The notes under the pieces were generated by a model, which saw nothing but the letters and a program-made list of their open reading frames with translations, did not search any database and was not told the origin of the DNA. 64,000 nt of DNA, from positions 13,020,001 to 13,084,000 of the forward strand of contig OZ024766.1 of assembly GCA_964016885.1 (NCBI GenBank), written 5' to 3'. Positions 13,085-26,169 of this stretch are shown here, in pieces. Source of the DNA: Eledone cirrhosa. Taxonomy: Eukaryota. The position numbers and the translations under genes were made by a program. How positions within the stretch are numbered: the stretch's first letter is position 1; each line of letters begins with the position of its first letter.

Positions 13085-13610
13085 ATATCATCATCATAAT
13101 CATCATCATTTAACGTCTGTTATTTCACACTTGATATGTTAGACAAGCTGTCATGTTATGAAACATGTCAGGTCATGTGAACATGTCTTGTTCACATGGA
13201 TCTGTATTTTGGTTTGGTTTCTACAGCTGGATGCCCTTCCTAATGCCAACCACATTACAGTGTGGACTGGGTGAATGGTGAGGTGTAGGGAGAAGATTGG
13301 TGCAGGTCAGTGTGTACTCTACATGTTTGTTTCATATCATTTTACATGGGAGGTGGGGCAGGTCTTCTGCAGTACAGCATGATCCAGAGATCTCAATACT
13401 GTGTCGTCTCCTTTGAGGTCAGCTTTTATTACTTCCTTCCAAGTTTTCCTAGGTCTTCCTCTTCCAGAGCTACCATCAACTTTGAGAGCCCGAAATATAT
13501 TTATACAGCTGTCACCCTCCATACACACCCCATACCACTACAATCTCCTCTCCTGCACACTACATCTGATCCCTCTTATGCCTAGTTTCTCTCTCAGTTC
13601 TCTCATGCTT
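13085..13610 (-). mobile_element. RTE-clade LINE 3' fragment
   Basis: GRGRPRKTWKEVIK C-terminal motif, shared 3' UTR and (GAT)n tail. A further fragment lies at ~13850-14030. Confidence 0.8.
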
Positions 13611-14018
13611 TGACTATGTAGTGGTTGTGTCTTTACAGTTGTTGGATGCCCTTCCTAGTACCAACCACTTTTAGAGTGTGGAACTGGGTGGCACTGTTAT
13701 GGGGAATGTCTGGCCAGCTGGCCTTGCTGTTCACAGGGGAAACGTAATTTGGGAGCTGAGAGGTCCCATTATGAGGGATGTCAGGCCAATTGGCCGCACC
13801 ATGCCTTGCACCTCGTGAGGTTCACTCTGGTCCTTTGTTGTATGTTGTAGTACCAGAGATCTCAGTCCTGTGTCATCTCCATTGAGAGGGTTCAGCTGAG
13901 CCAGGTTGGCCTTTTGTCATTACATCCTACTTCTGCCTAGGTATTCTTCTTTTGAGGCACCCTACAGCCTCGAGTGCCCTGTACCTTTTTATACAGATGT
14001 CATCCTTCATGTGCATCA

Positions 14019-14186
<168 letters not shown>

Positions 14187-15634
14187 TCACCAATAAAATA
14201 ATTATTGCATATCAACAAAGCAGTCTCTTACCTTGTTACTCGATGTGCTAGAAATAGCAGCCAACTCACTTTTAAACATTTTAAATTAAGAGAATGAGAC
14301 ATGTGGCTGTGTGTAGACATGAAGGGAAGTTAGTGGTTGTTATGAAAGAGGATGATAAACAAGACAAATAACAATAATTCTGGTTAGATATAAGTTTACT
14401 TCACTTCAGCAAAAAGGTAAAAATATCTGATTACTTCAAATCATAAATATAATTGTTTCTACTTTAGGCACAATGCCAGAAATTCACCAGTACATTACTG
14501 GTACCTTATTTTAACGACCCCGTAAGGATGAAAAGCAAAGTTAACCTCGGTGGGATTTGAACTGAGACTGTAAAGGGTCGTAACTATGCTAGAAAGCATG
14601 GCGTCCAACCCTCTACCGATACTGCCAATTCACCACCCTCATAAATATAATGTTTGATTGTAGTATTTACAAATGAATATAGTGTTGTATATTTACAAAT
14701 GAATATAGTGTTGTACTGGAGAATCTTTGTTTAATATGCTATGTTTGATTAAATATTGACAAGTAGTAGTCAGACAGTATGTACCAGTTGAGGTAGTGGT
14801 AAGCAGTGGCAAGGGAGCTGTGTTGTTTATATGAAGAGGCAGATGACTGAGTTAGGACCACAGGAAAGCCTATTTATAATGACAACTAGTTATTTTTGAT
14901 AAATAACAGATGGCCCCAGAATATGTTCTCCTTTGTAGGAATGGTGCTGTAAACCTAGCCTCCAGAAAATTGAACTGTTGTCTTTGCGAGGTCACAAGTC
15001 ACTTTTTGGTGGCCATGTCCATAAGAGAAGACTGTGGGAAAACATTTCTTTCACTACACACACACATACATATATTATCATCATCATTATAGTTTTAATG
15101 TCTGCTTACCTTGCTAGTAAGGGATAGATGTGTATAGATAGACTAAGTCAGTACTGATGCACGGCTGCTGACCTTCCAGGATGGTTAGGATCTGTTATCT
15201 CTCTTATGTATGATCTCACATACTATCAAGTGCACAGGAGAGGTTTTCATGTCTTTAACACAAGTGAAGGGTCCTCCCAGCACTTTGTATGGCAAGCATT
15301 CTATGGCTGGATACCCTTCCTAGCACCAACTTTATAGCATGTAGTGGGTGTGTTTATCTTGTAGATCACCAACACTAGGAACATTGTCCTGTCTTTGACA
15401 CCACTGAAGGGTCCTCTTCACCTGTCTCCTGTCTTTTTCCATGAAGATGAGAGCACCAAAGTGGTGGGGGTGGCACTTACCAATGTCAGAAACGGGGAGG
15501 TGTAGTGATGGAGAGAATAGCAGAGTGATAGGGAAGGGGGCATGGTAGCTACTAAGGTGTGATAGTGAAGGGTTCTAAGTGTTTATAGTGGGGGAGACAG
15601 AAGCTAAGGGATAAATACTAGAGGGAGGTGGCAT

Positions 15635-15950
15635 GGATGGAGTGGGGGTATTTAGTGGAGATGAGGGGAGTACTAGTGGAGGGGGAATGGATGGAGTGGG
15701 GGTATTTAGTGGTGATGAGGAGAGCTGCTAGGGAGTACTAGTGGAGGGGGCATGAATGGAGTGGGGGTATTTAGTGGAGATGAGGGGAGCTGCTAGGGAG
15801 TACTAGTGGAGGGGGCACGAATGGAGTGGGGGTATTTAGTGGAGATGAGGGGAGCTGCTATCGAGTAAGTGGAGGCAACATGGATGGAGTGGGGGTATTT
15901 AGTGGTGATGAGGGGAGCTGCTAGGGAGTACTAGTGGAGGGGTCATGGAT
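15635..15950. repeat. G-rich minisatellite, ~60-bp unit x5
   Basis: ATGGAGTGGGGGTATTTAGTGGAGATGAGGGGAGCTGCTAGGGAGTACTAGTGGAGGGGG repeated. Confidence 0.85.
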
Positions 15951-16292
15951 AGAGTACATAACAGTGAGGGGAGTGTCTACTAGATTGTGAACTGTGAGGG
16001 ATTCTAGAGGTTTTGAAGGTGGCAGCAGATAAGGAGTTGGGGTGGTGTAGTGAGAAATACCTGTTAGGGAGTGCTAGGGAGAGGGAAGATAAGGGGATAG
16101 GTCAGGCCACAGTGTATGCTGTTGACCAGGTCTTCACTATCATAACATAGTGCCAGCCCTTGTGGTCCTTTGTCATTTTTGTTGTGACGTCTTTTAAGGT
16201 CTTCACACACTCGTCCCATGTCTTCCTGGGTCTGCCTCTTCCAATGGTCCTAACCACATCAGTTTTTCTCCATTTCTTTATGCAGCTGCTAT

Positions 16293-17270
16293 CTGATAGC
16301 CACTATACTGTACATTAGATAATGTAGTGCTAGATACACTATGTCTGATAGACACTATACTGTACATTAGATAATGTAGTGCTAGATACACTATGTCTGA
16401 TAGCCACTATACTGTACATTAGATAATGTAGTCCTAGATACACATCACATGTCCATACCAACGTAGTCTTCTCTCTAGCACACTACATCTACTTTCTCTT
16501 ATAGCAACTTATTCCCTCAGTTTCCTAATGCTGCTCATCCATCAGAGCATACATATATATAACACCAACACCTCCTCTATCTTCTGAGTCTCTATATCTT
16601 CTTCTTTACTGTGAAAAGTATCAAACAAAATATCTCTAAATTTGTTACTGGCTGAGGGCTCCTTTATCTTCCATATTCTTCTTCTCCAGGTTGCCCTGAT
16701 ACACTGTCTGATAGCCACTATATACACTGTCTGATAGCCACTATACTGTACATTAGATAATGTAGTCCTAGGTACACTATGTCTGATAGACACTATACTG
16801 TATCTTAGATAATGTAGTCCTAGTTACACTATATCTGATAGCTACTATACTGTACATTAGATAATGTAGTGCTAGATACACTATGTCTGATAGCCACTAT
16901 ACTGTACATTAGATAATGTAGTCCTAGGTACACTATGTCTGATAGCCACTATACTGTACATTAGATAATGTAGTCCTAGATACACTATGTCTGATAGCCA
17001 CTATACTGTACATTAGATAATGTAGTCCTAGGTACACTATGTCTGATAGCTACTATGCTGTACATTAGATAATGTAGTCCTAGATACACTATGTCTGATA
17101 GCTACTATACTGTACATTAGATAATGTAGTCCTAGATACACTATGTCTGATAGACACTATACTGTACATTAGATAATGTAGTCCTAGATATACTATGTCT
17201 TATAGCCACTAATACTAACTACTGTACTGTACATTAGATAATGTAATCCTAGATACACTATGTCTGATAG
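16293..17270. repeat. 52-bp tandem repeat array, interleaved with RTE fragments
   Basis: Unit CTGATAGCCACTATACTGTACATTAGATAATGTAGTCCTAGATACACTATGT; blocks at ~16293-16445 and ~16705-17270. Confidence 0.9.
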
Positions 17271-19076
17271 TCACTAGTATATACGTAGTTCTCAGGGAGA
17301 TTCAGCAAGACATATGGCATCGCTTCCCTTTGAAATACATGTAGAACCCATCTTATATTATAATGTGTCTGAGTATTTCATTGACACGTAAACCGTTGAC
17401 ATTCTTCTCAGGGAGATTCAGTGTGACAATTCTATGTAACAACGTTTCCACTATAATTATTACAACTTATTATTTTTGCCAGCTGGGTGAAATAAAACAA
17501 TGAAAAATAAAGTGTCTTGTTCAAGGCCCCGACGTACAGACCACCCGGTCTGGGATTCGAACTCACGAACCATACGTTCATGTACTGCGTGCTATCACCG
17601 CCTAAATCCGGTTTCCTCCACACAAAATACACCGGAATATTTTAATCCGGATTAATTCAGGAACAAGAATTACGATAAGTCGCTGAGAGTGATCTCCCTT
17701 GGCTGACTTTAAAATCTTTACTTCTTCCATTAGAAATTAATTTGTTTCATGTCCGATTGAAAGACTCTGGAGTTTTTACCTGTCTTGGGTTTAATTAATG
17801 AGGAATTTTGAGGTATTTATAACAATTATTAATTATTTCATTACTGAGATATCATTTGAAGGATTTACTGAAGTTTTTAATTATTAATTATTTTATTAGT
17901 AACTTAACATGTGGTTCTTGTATAAAATTATGTTGGGAGATTTTAGGAAGAAGATGTGTAGCCGGTCTCAGTAAAATAGACTCCGAGGCTATGTAGCCGG
18001 TAAGTGTGTCAAACACCGTGTGTTGCGGCCCTTTCTGGTCTGAATTGAGACAATTTAAATTTTTTTCCACCCTCAATTGTTAAAAAAACAAGTTAAAATC
18101 TTTTAGTTGTCCATTCGTAACGTACGTTACACTTTAGTTACATACACACACATCTACTGTGTTACATACATACATGTACTGTGTTACATACACACATGTA
18201 CTGTGTTACATACACACAGATCTACTGTGTTACATATAACACATCTACTATGTTATATACACACATCTACTGTTACATATACATTTACTGTGTTATATAT
18301 ACACATCTACTGTTTTATATATACACACATCTATGTGTTATATATATACATCTACTGTGTTATATATACACACATCTAGTGTGTTATATACATATACTGT
18401 GTTACACACACACATCTGCTGAGTTACATACACACACATCTACTGTGATACATACACACACATCTACTGTGTTACATACACACACATCTACTGTGTTACA
18501 TACACACACATCTACTGTGTTACACACACACACACATCTACTGTGTTACACACACACACATCTACACATACATATTCATAAATAGACACACAATACAAAA
18601 TAATTATTACATACACACACATCTATGTAATGATTGAGGAAGGAGGGGGCTGGTGAAACGCTATAGCGACGTGTGTGTTGCGTACCTTTAAGGTTTACCG
18701 GCTTCGTAGCCTATTTGAAGATTTTATTATAATTATGAACCTTGTATTTCAATTAATTATGAATGATTATGAGCTATTTATCACAATTGTTAGTTAATTA
18801 CTAACATAGTAACTTAACATATGGTTGTTATATAGAATTTCGTTGGAAGACTTTAATTTAGATAGGAACCATTTCCATAGAAGGAGAACCTATTTTGGCT
18901 GGGTTTCTACCAAAAGGGTTAATGAAGAATTTTGAACAATTTACTAAAATTATTATTTCATTACTAAGATAATGTGTGAATACACAATTATATGTGTGTG
19001 TGTATATATATATAAACAGTATATATACAGTATATATATAGTATACAAAAGATGTAGTGGGATAATGTGTAGTCTT
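16705..19076 (+). repeat. Segmental duplication, copy 1 (paralog at ~56370-59536)
   Basis: Near-identical unique sequence 17200-18140 vs 57315-58255; ORF-track peptides at 17432 and 57546 are almost identical. Confidence 0.93.
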
Positions 19077-19469
19077 AAGACAAGTCTGTCCAGATAGCTG
19101 CGCTGTAGTTTACACTTATTGGGACTGTGTGTTGGCTAGCAGGCCTGTATTTTGGGATCTAGCTGGTCCATTATGAGGGAGCTCTGGTTAGTTGGCAACA
19201 CCATGCCTTACTTGTGGTATATGTATGTATAGAAATAAGTTATTGTATATGTATAACTGTCCATCTATATGTATACATGTATGTTTAGGTATGTGTTTAC
19301 ATACATATATACATTTTCAGACGTATACACGTAAGAGTATATATATCTTTATATATATATACATATATTTATATATATATATTTATATATATATAAATAT
19401 ACATTTGAGTGTAGATATATATATCAATCATCTTTTAACATATATATGTATATATAAAATATATACAGG

Positions 19470-19545
19470 GTCTCTCCAAACATGTATACACACTTCAACT
19501 ACAGTCTATGTAAATGTGTATACATATTTTAGGGACACCCTGTAT
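19470..19545. mobile_element. Short palindromic Tc1/mariner-like MITE
   Basis: TA-CAGGGTCTC...GACACCCTG-TA with internal symmetry; inverted copy at ~59766-59845. Confidence 0.6.
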
Positions 19546-19882
19546 ATATATCATGTAACGTGACTCCTACTATTATTGGTTGTACAGATCGTCACCGATG
19601 AAAATATTTATTTCGACCAAGATTGAATATTTAATGGAATTAAGTGGAATTGGGAAATATTGCCCCGGCCCAAATCTGACACAAATGGAGCACCTCCTCT
19701 TCCGCTTTTAGGTGTAGAAGAATGGCTTGTGAGAGCAGTGCAAGCCATGTACAGTTGACAAAGATTTACTTAATGTCTATATTAATGTGTGTAAATTATA
19801 GAATTACGTGAACTCTTCAACGATCCAGTAATTAACCGATTCCACTGTTACATGTGATATAAAATATATTATCATGACTGTC

Positions 19883-20200
19883 TTTATTATTTAAAATACC
19901 TCCGTCTATTTAATTATCTTGTTCACTACCTTACATTATAAATTATAGTTTATATTTAACTGTACCTTGTTATTGCTTTAAGTAAATTAAAGATATCTTT
20001 ATTATTTAAATTGCCTCCGTCTATTTAATTATGTGGTTCACTACTTTACATTATAAAATATAGTTTATATTTAGCTGTACCTTGTTATTGCTTTAAGTAA
20101 ATTAAAGATATTTTTATTATCTAAGTTACCTCCGTCTATTTAATTATCTCGTTCACTACCTTACATTATAAAATATAGTTTATATTTAGCTGTACCCTGT
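19883..20200. repeat. ~115-bp AT-rich tandem repeat x~2.8
   Basis: CCTCCGTCTATTTAATTAT...CACTACCTTACATTATAAA recurs three times. Confidence 0.85.
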
Positions 20201-20264
20201 TGTTTCAGGGAAGTTTTGTTCGTTTTAGTCGAAATCTGTTTAGAGTTAATATACTTCATCTACA

Positions 20265-21660
20265 TCATCATCATAGTTTTACGTCCGTTTTTCAATCCTG
20301 GCATGGGTTGGATGGGTTCTTTTCAGCACAACATCTCCCCACTCGCTTGTTCCTTCGTTATCTCCTCTGTGAGTCTCAGCAATTTGAGATCAGCTCTCAC
20401 CACATCTACCCTGGTCTTCCTTGGTCTACCTCTAGTATGGCTTCACTCTTCTGGTATTCCGTGGCACTTCTTTAACCAGTGATCACCATCCATGGATATC
20501 ACATATCCCTACCAAAGCAGTCTTCTCTCTTGAACACCACTTCGGTTTCCTCTGATGTCCAATTTCTTCCTCATTTTATCCCAGCTCTGCCTTCCTCTCC
20601 CATTTACGTTGCACATCCAACGAAGCATGGTTGCTCCATTTCTCTCCAGCTTATGCATGTCTTCTGCAGTTACTGCCCATGTTTCACTTCCATGCAGTAT
20701 TGCACTTTACACACAGGCATTGTACAGCCAACATTTTTGTACGTAGGGAGAAACTTTATTTGCCAACAGTGGAAGTAGCTCTCTAAACTTCAATCCTATC
20801 CTCTCTTATGAAGCACCCTCCTCCGCTGCTAATTAGGTTACCTAGATAGCGGAAGCTATCATTGTGTACAATTTATGCCTACTCCTTTTCTACATATACA
20901 GTAGGGTCACTTATTCTCTAGTTCTTTTATGGAGTCAGCTATAAGGACCAGATCATTCACATAGACTGTTTCCGGTGAACAGCCAGTCTTAAACCCATTG
21001 GTTATGGCCTGGAGATCTATGATGAACAGCAGTGGGTTGTGAACTGAACCATGATGAACACCTACCTGTACATTGAATTCTTCACTAAACTCCCTTCCTA
21101 CTCTCACTTTACTGACAGCTCCTCTGTACATGGCTTGCACTGCTCTCACAAGCCATTCTTCACCTAAATTTCTGAAGGACCACCAGATAACAGAGTAAGG
21201 TACTCTGCCAAAGGCCTTTTCTAGATCTATAAAAGCTAAATATTGCAGCTTAATCTTGGCTAGGAACCTCTTTTGTAGTTGTGTCACTAACAAGTTTCAT
21301 CAGTAATTTCAAAGAGAATGTCAATTATATGTGTATGTGTGTTGAACAATGAACATAAAACAAAAGTCTAAGATTGCTTCTTAATTTATTCTCTACATTC
21401 ATCAATCTCTCATAGTAACATTTCTAGGCCTCTTTCATTTTAGCATCAGTGGTGCTAAGTGTACCAGTGTCATTTCTAACACACCTTTCCCTGTCTTGCA
21501 ATGTGGAACACTGCACACCTCTCATTCTCACGTCTCAAGACTTTGGCAAACTTTCTTTTTTCAGCCTCTCTCTGTGTTATGTATACCTGTCTTCTAGCTT
21601 CTCTCTTAGCTACCTGGTCCTTGTCTGATACCCTTATTTTTCCAGTCTTTCCATGCCTGT
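20265..21660 (-). mobile_element. Decayed RTE-clade LINE fragments
   Basis: RT motifs LAFIDLEKAF and VGVHHGSV(H)NPLLF; (GAT)n tail at ~20265. Confidence 0.85.
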
Positions 21661-21669
21661 CACTTATCT

Positions 21670-21885
21670 TTAACCCTTTATCATTTAAACTGGCCGTATC
21701 CAGCCAAAGTTCTCTCACATCTTTCTGTTCAAACCGGCTGTAACTCGCAGCTCATATTGATGTTAATGTATTGTCCTCAAAATTAGTAATATCAAAGTCT
21801 CATAGATTCAATATTATGTGAGATAAAGACTTTACCATGAATATATAATAGTAAATATAGAGTAATGTAAATGCTACAGGGTTAA
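21670..21885. mobile_element. piggyBac-like MITE with TTAA ends
   Basis: TTAA-CCCTTTATCATTTA...AAATGCTACAGGG-TTAA; a related right half is at ~39090-39210. Confidence 0.6.
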
Positions 21886-21964
21886 TAGCTCTATCTACTG
21901 TGCTGTTTCACCACTAGGTCACCATCTGTCTGGCTGGTACTTTGTTCCAGCCACAAGTCTCATA

Positions 21965-22320
21965 AATTATTCCAAAGAAATTATCAATTATATATGTGTG
22001 TTTGTGGGTATTGAACATTGAAAATAAAACAAAAGTCTGAGATATGGTTCATTGTTTACGATCGTTTCAGAGGGTTGATTGATCATGGTAAATCAATATA
22101 TTGATATGGTGTGATTGATCAGGTATTTTGAGACTAGAAATAGTTAGTGACATGACAACTACCTGTTTGTCAATACATCAATCAACCATGATCAATCAAA
22201 CCTCTGAAATGACCGTAAAACAATGAACTAATTAAGAACATATCTTTGTCTCAAGTTTTATTTTCATTGTTCAAAACACACACATATATATAAATGACTC
22301 TGTAACTCTAGAGGAATCTT
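21965..22320. mobile_element. MITE / fold-back element with ~120-bp imperfect inverted arms
   Basis: GTTTCAGAGGGTTGATTGATCATGGT vs ACCATGATCAATCAAACCTCTGAAAT; TTGAACATTGAAAATAAAAC vs GTTTTATTTTCATTGTTCAA. Confidence 0.65.
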
Positions 22321-22469
22321 TGAAGGAACCTTATGTGATGAGATCCTTCTACGAAAACTATAACTTTCACCACCCAATCTTGTTGAAACCATCTCTTCAA
22401 GGCTGCAATGAGTTCTAACAATGTTATCGGTCTCTCCCTAAACACTTGAATACTAGTATATATATATAT

Positions 22470-23950
22470 ATCATCATCATCATCATCATACGTCCGTTTT
22501 TCCCTGCTTGCAAGGATGGGATGGGTCTTATTCAGCACAGCATCTCTCCACTTGTCACGGTTCTCCATCATCTCCTCTGTGAATTTCAGTGATCTCAGGT
22601 TTTCTCTCACCACCTCCGCCCATGTTTTACGTGGTCTACCTCTTCTGCATCTTCCTTCTGCTGGGATTTCTTGGCACTTCTTTACCCAGGGGTCATCCTC
22701 CATGCGCATCACATGTCCATACCATCTCAGTCTTCTCTCTTGCACACCCAACTTATCCCGCTTATACCCAGTTTCTTTCTCAACTCGTCTATGTTTGGTC
22801 GTTCACACACATTGACATTGCACATCCAACAGAGCATGCTTGCTTCATTTCTCTCCAGCCGTGCATATCTTCTGCAGTTGCTGCCCATGTCTTACTATCA
22901 TGCAGCATCGCGCATCTCACACAGGCATCATATAACCGCCCTTTCGTATGCAGGGAGAAACCCTTCTTTGTCAACAGAGAAAGCAGCTCCCTAAACTTCT
23001 TCCAACTCGTCTTTATTATGGAGACTATAGCCTTGGAACATCCCCCTCCCATGCTAATCTGATCACCTAGGTACCGGAAGCTATCAACCACTTCTATAGA
23101 ACCCACCTGTATTTGAAAAATGTGTCTATCACTGCGACTCCTACTGTCAAATGTCCCTGTACATCTACTGCATATGTAGTTTTCCCTACCTGTTAGTTTG
23201 CCTACTATCCCACTACATCTCTTGTGTACCCAAGATCTGCATTTTATGGAATTTATGCCAGTTCCTTTCCTACATATCGAACATGGCCATTTCTCTGATG
23301 GAATCAGAGTATTGTCCTCTTTTCTACTCATCAACACTTTTGTATTAGCTATGTTCACTCTCAGGCCTCTTGATTCCAACTACTGTTTCCATAGGCAGAA
23401 TTTATTCTCTAGCTCCTCTACTGATTATGCTATAAGAACCAGATCATCAGCATAGAGAAGTTGCCATGGGCATCCAATCTTAAACTCCTCTGTTATGGTA
23501 TGGAGGACTATAATGAACAAGAGTGGGCTGAGGACCGAACCTTGATTTACACCTACTTGCATCTGCAATTCCTCACTAAACTCCATTCCTATTCTCACTT
23601 TACTGACAGCACCCCTGTACTTAGCTTGCACTGTCCTCACAAGCCATTCCTCTACACCTAGTTTCCTTAGGGACCACCAGATGACAGATCGGTGTACCTA
23701 TCAAAGGCCTTCTCTAGGTCAACAAAAGCTAAGTATAGTGGCTTGTTCTTCTCTAAGAACCTCTCTTGTAGTTTCCTCACTAAGAAGAGGGCATCTGTTG
23801 TACTTTTCCGAGGCACAAAACCAAACTGCATCTCATCTAAATTGACCCTTTCTCTAATCAGTTGCGCTAATATTCTCTCTGCCACTTTCATAACCTGATC
23901 CATCAGCTTTATGCCCCTATAATTGCTCCTCTCCAGAGCATCCCCTTTAC
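22470..23950 (-). mobile_element. RTE-clade LINE, 5'-truncated, RT pseudogene
   Basis: QFGF..STTDA, AFVDLEKAFD, QGSVLSPLLF, LYADD, Cys-rich insert, RWYGHV, GRPRKTW and (GAT)n tail; several stops and frameshifts. Confidence 0.92.
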
Positions 23951-23952
23951 TT

Positions 23953-23984
<32 letters not shown>

Positions 23985-24254
23985 AACGGAAAAAATGAAA
24001 CGAAATTTCATTTCCCACTCTTAGTACGGCTGTTACTTAAATATAAGTATGTACACGTACATACATATATGTATACAGACGTACAGTAGTATGTATATAT
24101 ATATACATACATGCACACATATATATATATGTACGTATGGATTCACCGAACATTTATTATAATGCTCGGTGTGTTTGTAAACAAACATCCTGTATTAAGC
24201 CGTAGTGTCCAGCAACCATCGTTGCTCGTTTGTTCAACACTGACAAAGGAACGC

Positions 24255-25300
24255 TGTACTAGCAAGAAGAGACCGAGACTGGGTGACTGGCACCTGGAAT
24301 GTTGCCAGGCACTCACTGCCCTCTACCAAGCGGGCAATGCGATCAGTGGAACTTCCACTCTCGAGTTCTATAGAGGATTAGTGGTGGGCAAGTGCGATGA
24401 CGCACTCGGAGAAGCTTTGGGCCTCGACGAAGTCGAACAGACCAGTCTGTACCGGAGGACTTTTGAGCTGGGGACGATGGACAATTTCCAGAAATCCCTC
24501 GCTTGGCAGTGCTACCGGGGGGCACTGCCGGTTCGGGATAAACTCTACAGGCACGGAAGTGCTGTCAGACGGACCTGCACAAGATGCGCACAGAACGACG
24601 AAACCGTTCTGCACGCACTTGTCCAATGTCCGTGCATTACTGACTTGTGGAGTTATGTCGAACAGCTACTGTCACGTGTGGAACGAATCCGGCTATCGGC
24701 CGAGTCCATAGTGAAGATCGATCCACCGCCTTCCTTAGGTCAGGAAGAGCAGGAAATTTTCCTCTGTCTGGTGGCAGTTGCGAAAGAGATTATATGGTCG
24801 ACCAGGTTGAAAGGACTACAGACAGACACTTTTCTCTTCAGCCAATCCCTCATCAACTTCTTCAAGTTTCACCTGGAAAGGAAGGTGAGGGTGGAGAGAG
24901 AAGTGCTGCCCCCCAGTACATTTGCTAAAAGGTGGGTGAATGTGGCGAGAATGGCTCGTGTGAATGGGCCTACTCTGACCATGCGCCTATAGGCTAGCTA
25001 ACTTGAGGAGAGGGGTGCTCTCCCTGGGTGCCCTAGAAGCGCAGGGTGCTTCAGGATTGGTGGAGTACCCAAATCACCCCAGGGTCGTCCACCCCTATCG
25101 GGGAATTTATTTTGTTATATTTATGCATAGTTTATTTTATATTTTTATATCTTCATTGTTAAATTAGACTTGCCATTGTGCACTTTTACTCGACCTTATT
25201 GTAAACCCCCACTGTCCCTGTCTTTGTATTGTCCCCTACATGTCGGCCCTTGTGGCTAATAGATGAAATCATTATTATTATTGTTACTATTATTATTATT
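24255..25300 (+). mobile_element. L1/Tx1-clade LINE 3' fragment (zf-RVT domain)
   Basis: LAWQCYRGALPVRDKL...CTRC..DETVLHALVQC, stop at 24992, 3' UTR and (TTA)n tail. Confidence 0.85.
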
Positions 25301-26160
25301 TTTTTTTTTTTCTTCCAATTCAATGATGTTCCAGAACAATATAAAAGAGATAATTGGCAATTTAGGTTCTGGAACAAAAAAGATAATTGGCAATAAGGGC
25401 AGGGGTCCCAGGTTATCACAGCCGAGGCCCGCTCGTCATCGTGCCATTGTAATAGAGCCAAACAAGGCATTTAGTCTTGGCTGCTGGAACGTACGGACGC
25501 TGCTTGACAGGGATTCCTTGGAGCGTCCTGAACGAAGGACCGCTCTTGTTGCAAAGGAGCTTCGACGTTACGATCTTGACATCGTGGCTTTATCTGAGAC
25601 GAGGTTAGCTGGAGATGGTCATCTTACAGAATTTTGTGGAGAATATACATTCTTTTGGAAAGGAAGAGATGAAGGAACCAGAAGAGAGGCTGGGGTAGGA
25701 TTTGCTGTTAAGACTGTACTTGTGAATAAATTAGTAGAATTCCCAGTAGGGATTAGTGAGCGTCTTATGTACATGAGAGTTCCGCTGGACAAAGGAAGAT
25801 ATGCGACCCTGGTGAGTGTGTATGCTCCAACTATGAATTCTGTCGATGAAGAAAAAGTGTCCTTTTACCATGCCTTGAAAGGTGTTTTAAGAAATATCCC
25901 TCAGGCAGACAAAGTCATCGTGCTTGGTGACTTTAATGCTAGAGTGGGTAAGGATTTTAACACATGGAATGTAATCGGAAGGCATGGGGTGGGAAAGTGT
26001 AACAATAATGGTATGCTCCTGCTGCAGATGTGTGAGGAGCTGGATCTGTGTGTTACCAACACCATGTTCCAACAAAAGAACAAATTCAAGACCACATGGA
26101 TGCATCCTGCATCTAAGGAATGGCATCTTTTGGACTACGTCCTAGTCAGGATGGTATGCG
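25300..26160 (+). mobile_element. RTE (BovB-like) LINE 5' part, AP endonuclease
   Basis: WNVRTLLD...PERRTALVAKEL..DIVALSETR, SVYAPT, LGDFNARVG, WHLLDYVL. Confidence 0.9.
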
Positions 26161-26169
26161 CAAATATAT

